Positions 61,588-64,000 of a DNA stretch of 64,000 nucleotides are shown here, in pieces. Each line of letters begins with the position of its first letter. The first letter of the stretch is position 1. The notes under the pieces are model-generated. The model had not been told where the DNA came from. It searched no databases and saw only the letters and a program-made list of their open reading frames with translations. Source of the DNA: Amphiscolops sp. MND2022 (Eukaryota); the NCBI GenBank assembly GCA_964187785.1, contig OZ076420.1, positions 53,258,001 to 53,322,000 of the forward strand. Direction: 5' to 3'. The position numbers and the translations under genes are program-made.

Positions 61588-62245
61588 TTGTTCAATTTGC
61601 GAGACAACAGGATTCTATTGTAAACCTTGATAGTTTACGGCCAACGTGTGGCGTGCTCCGAACGTAAAATTGATTACGAATTGCGAAAGAAAGTTTTCAG
61701 AAGCTGTAAGCTCAAATGTAATTGTGCAATTTGGCCCCGCAGTTGAGTTTTTCTCATGTTCGATATTTGAATGTAGAGGAAGCAGCATGAAGAGTCCGGC
61801 TGCCAACAAAACAGTTACTGAAAAATTCCTTAATTCTTGTTCAAGAAAAAATTGTTTTTCTTGGAAAGCGCTTCTATTCGCAAATCATCAATTGTTTCAT
61901 CTCCAAATGAAAACAAGCGAGAAGGTTGACAAACATGATTGATTGGGTAACTACTGATTGAACCAGATAAGTAATTCTTGAAAAGAGCGCCGACCTGGTA
62001 CCATCACAACTTTCAAATGCAAAACTCCCAATAGCAAAACGGTTCTTCAACGTTTCACCCACAATGCTTAACAATGGAAACAATTGACTGAAATGTTTCT
62101 CAAAACGACAATTTTTGCATTTGTCGAATTTGATTTTCTCTGTTTAACTTGATTTTCCTGTTTTTTGTTTGTGTGAAATTTGAAATTCTACCTGTCGAAT
62201 TTGATTGTTTCTTTGCTTATTCGCTGTTGAATTTGAAAACTACAT
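61588..62245. repeat. Unclassified dispersed repeat, copy 3 (more diverged)
   Basis: Colinear motifs tgtagaggaagc, gctgccaacaaa, cctggtacc.tcacaactttcaaatgcaaaact, ttgctta..cgctgttgaat. Confidence 0.8.
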
Positions 62246-63196
62246 TGTCAAATTTGAATGTGCGGATGTTTAATTTGAATTGCAAAACGTACAATTGGTA
62301 TGAAATTGTACTATGATCCATTTAGGGTTGAAACAATTGACAAATAAAAAACAACGAAATATACTGAACATTTGACATCTCATTGACATTTTTTCTCATA
62401 TTGACATTTCTCAAGCTCAACTTTCAATGTTTTTTCAACTTTTAACATCTGCTACTCTTCAAAATTATATTATTTCTAAACAAGGTACCGAAACAATTTT
62501 CTTTCCGTCGATCATTGCAGATGAAGCTTTCTTACCTAATCAATAATGCATGAAATAATTAAGTCTCGACCAGCAAAAAGTCTGTTCGGATGACGGAAAA
62601 AGTCGATTAAAGTCGCATTTGAACCACACCCTCCATATCCGTAAAAACTTCCAGTTTTGCACTGCCCGAGTACAATGAAGTTTTAGTTTATCGCGTCATT
62701 GATTCACCGGTCATTTTTCACGATCAACCGGTTAAGCAAAAGTTTAAATTGGGCTCAAGCAACGAAACTTCCGAATAACATCAAGTGGAACCATCATTAA
62801 AAGTATTGAGTCTTCAATAGTCATTTTGTTATGCCTGACCTTTCGAATGATTGACAATAATGCTGGGAACTTTTTACTTAAAGGTGGCAAACAAATTTAT
62901 AACCAAGTGGTCTGAAAATGGCTGGTTTGAAAGTGTCACAAAGACACAGCAGTTTGACTGTCCACCGCTGCTATCACTTTATGTAGTTTTCTCTGAGCTA
63001 AAAGCCTAATGAATTTGGTTGGAGCATGTCATCAAAAAGCTTGGGTTGAAAGATGAGTTTGAGGCTCGATATCGCCCCATTTTGAAAATATTAAAACAAA
63101 TTGAGTTCCCAACTCAAAACTTTTCAGTCGACTTGAAAGGTTTTTGCTTTTTTCAAATGTTTTCAAAACATCATTTTCTGATAAGCCTTCTTCCAG

Positions 63197-63365
63197 AAAA
63201 GAGTTCGACATGCTACCACCAGTTTATGGGTTCCGGCATTTGGTTTACAGTAACCTGGGCCTCATGCCCAATCAATTCAGTTGCGACGCAATTCGAGTTC
63301 TGGTCGTGTGGAGACGCGATTACGTCAACCACCCAGGAAACCCGGATGGCAGAATTGACAGAAAG
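63197..63365 (+). CDS. GT61-family glycosyltransferase exon (WRRDY..HP motif)
   Basis: cttcttccag| phase 2 joins 46613; KEFDMLPPVYGFRHLVYSNLGL...IRVLVVWRRDYVNHPGNPDGRIDRK |gtgagg. Resembles XYLT NVLFVRREDYLAHPRHGGKVQSR (recalled). Confidence 0.82.
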
Positions 63366-63699
63366 GTGAGGCAACTTCAAGTATCCTAACTAGCGAGAGA
63401 TGACATAGTTGAAATATTCTTTACCGTCTGAATGGTTACATGTCGTCAAAATCTCCTAAGTTGAAATACATTAGGTCATAATCTGAGTTGAAACCTATAC
63501 AAAATTTTCGTAGGTTGAAATTTGATGATAATGAAGTCGAAGCGTTGGCTGCGTTACACAGTCTTGCTGCTTCCGGGGGCTTTTTGCCCCTCCAGGTCGG
63601 CCTTCGGAAAAGAGCGGCTGTACCAGTGGGGGCACGTATCACCGCTTCGCTTCCACATTTCGCTTCTACATTTCGCTTCGCAAAAAACGAACAATTAAT

Positions 63700-64000
63700 G
63701 TTGCACTGAGCGTCGTGATTTATCAACACTGAGGTCGTGTTTATCAACAACGAGATTCTAGCAAACTTAACATCAGCAACGACCGAAATCAATTCTGGAA
63801 ATTTGCAAACTGTGATCTCAAAAATTATTGATGAAAAATTTCGAAACTTATTCATATTGATGTTCCAAGAGCTTACCGAAAAAGACCAAGAAATTATTCA
63901 ACTTACTAACAGAGTGGAGGATTTGGAGTAGAGGGTGCTGGAGCATGAGCGTTATTCATCAAAAGATTCCCCTATTTTTAACAATGTTCCAATTGGCAAA
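63700..64000 (+). mobile_element. LINE ORF1-like coiled-coil fragment running off the window end
   Basis: ...EIIQLTNRVEDLE*RVLEHERYSSKDSPIFNNVP resembles the LEQYSR..N....+P junction of LINE ORF1 proteins. Confidence 0.6.

Noticed and set aside
1-64000. rRNA, tRNA genes, CRISPR arrays, bacterial or phage operons
   Set aside because: None seen; the only tRNA-related sequences are the short primer binding sites.

Overview
AT-rich animal nuclear DNA (spliceosomal exon/intron signals plus a BEL/Pao element; species not assignable from sequence). Most of the window is transposable elements. There are three full-length decayed Ty3/Gypsy elements (725-6729, 20585-25952, 39144-44963), one internally deleted Gypsy (9416-11952), one truncated duplicate copy and one highly degraded Gypsy. 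A near-intact BEL/Pao element (49070-58463) has unusually long 1409-bp LTRs. Also present are three LINE remnants, a Merlin transposase remnant and several small TIR elements. A 5600-bp tandem duplication covers 13863-25062. Between these elements lie the exons of a host gene on the + strand, missed by the ORF track as a unit. Exons at 34775-34896, 37231-37407, 46433-46613 and 63197-63365 carry splice signals, and the last three join in matching phase. Together they encode a type II membrane GT61-family glycosyltransferase resembling plant beta-1,2-xylosyltransferase; the gene continues past the window end. No rRNA, tRNA, CRISPR or prokaryotic operon was found. Family assignments rest on motif recognition from memory, not database searches.
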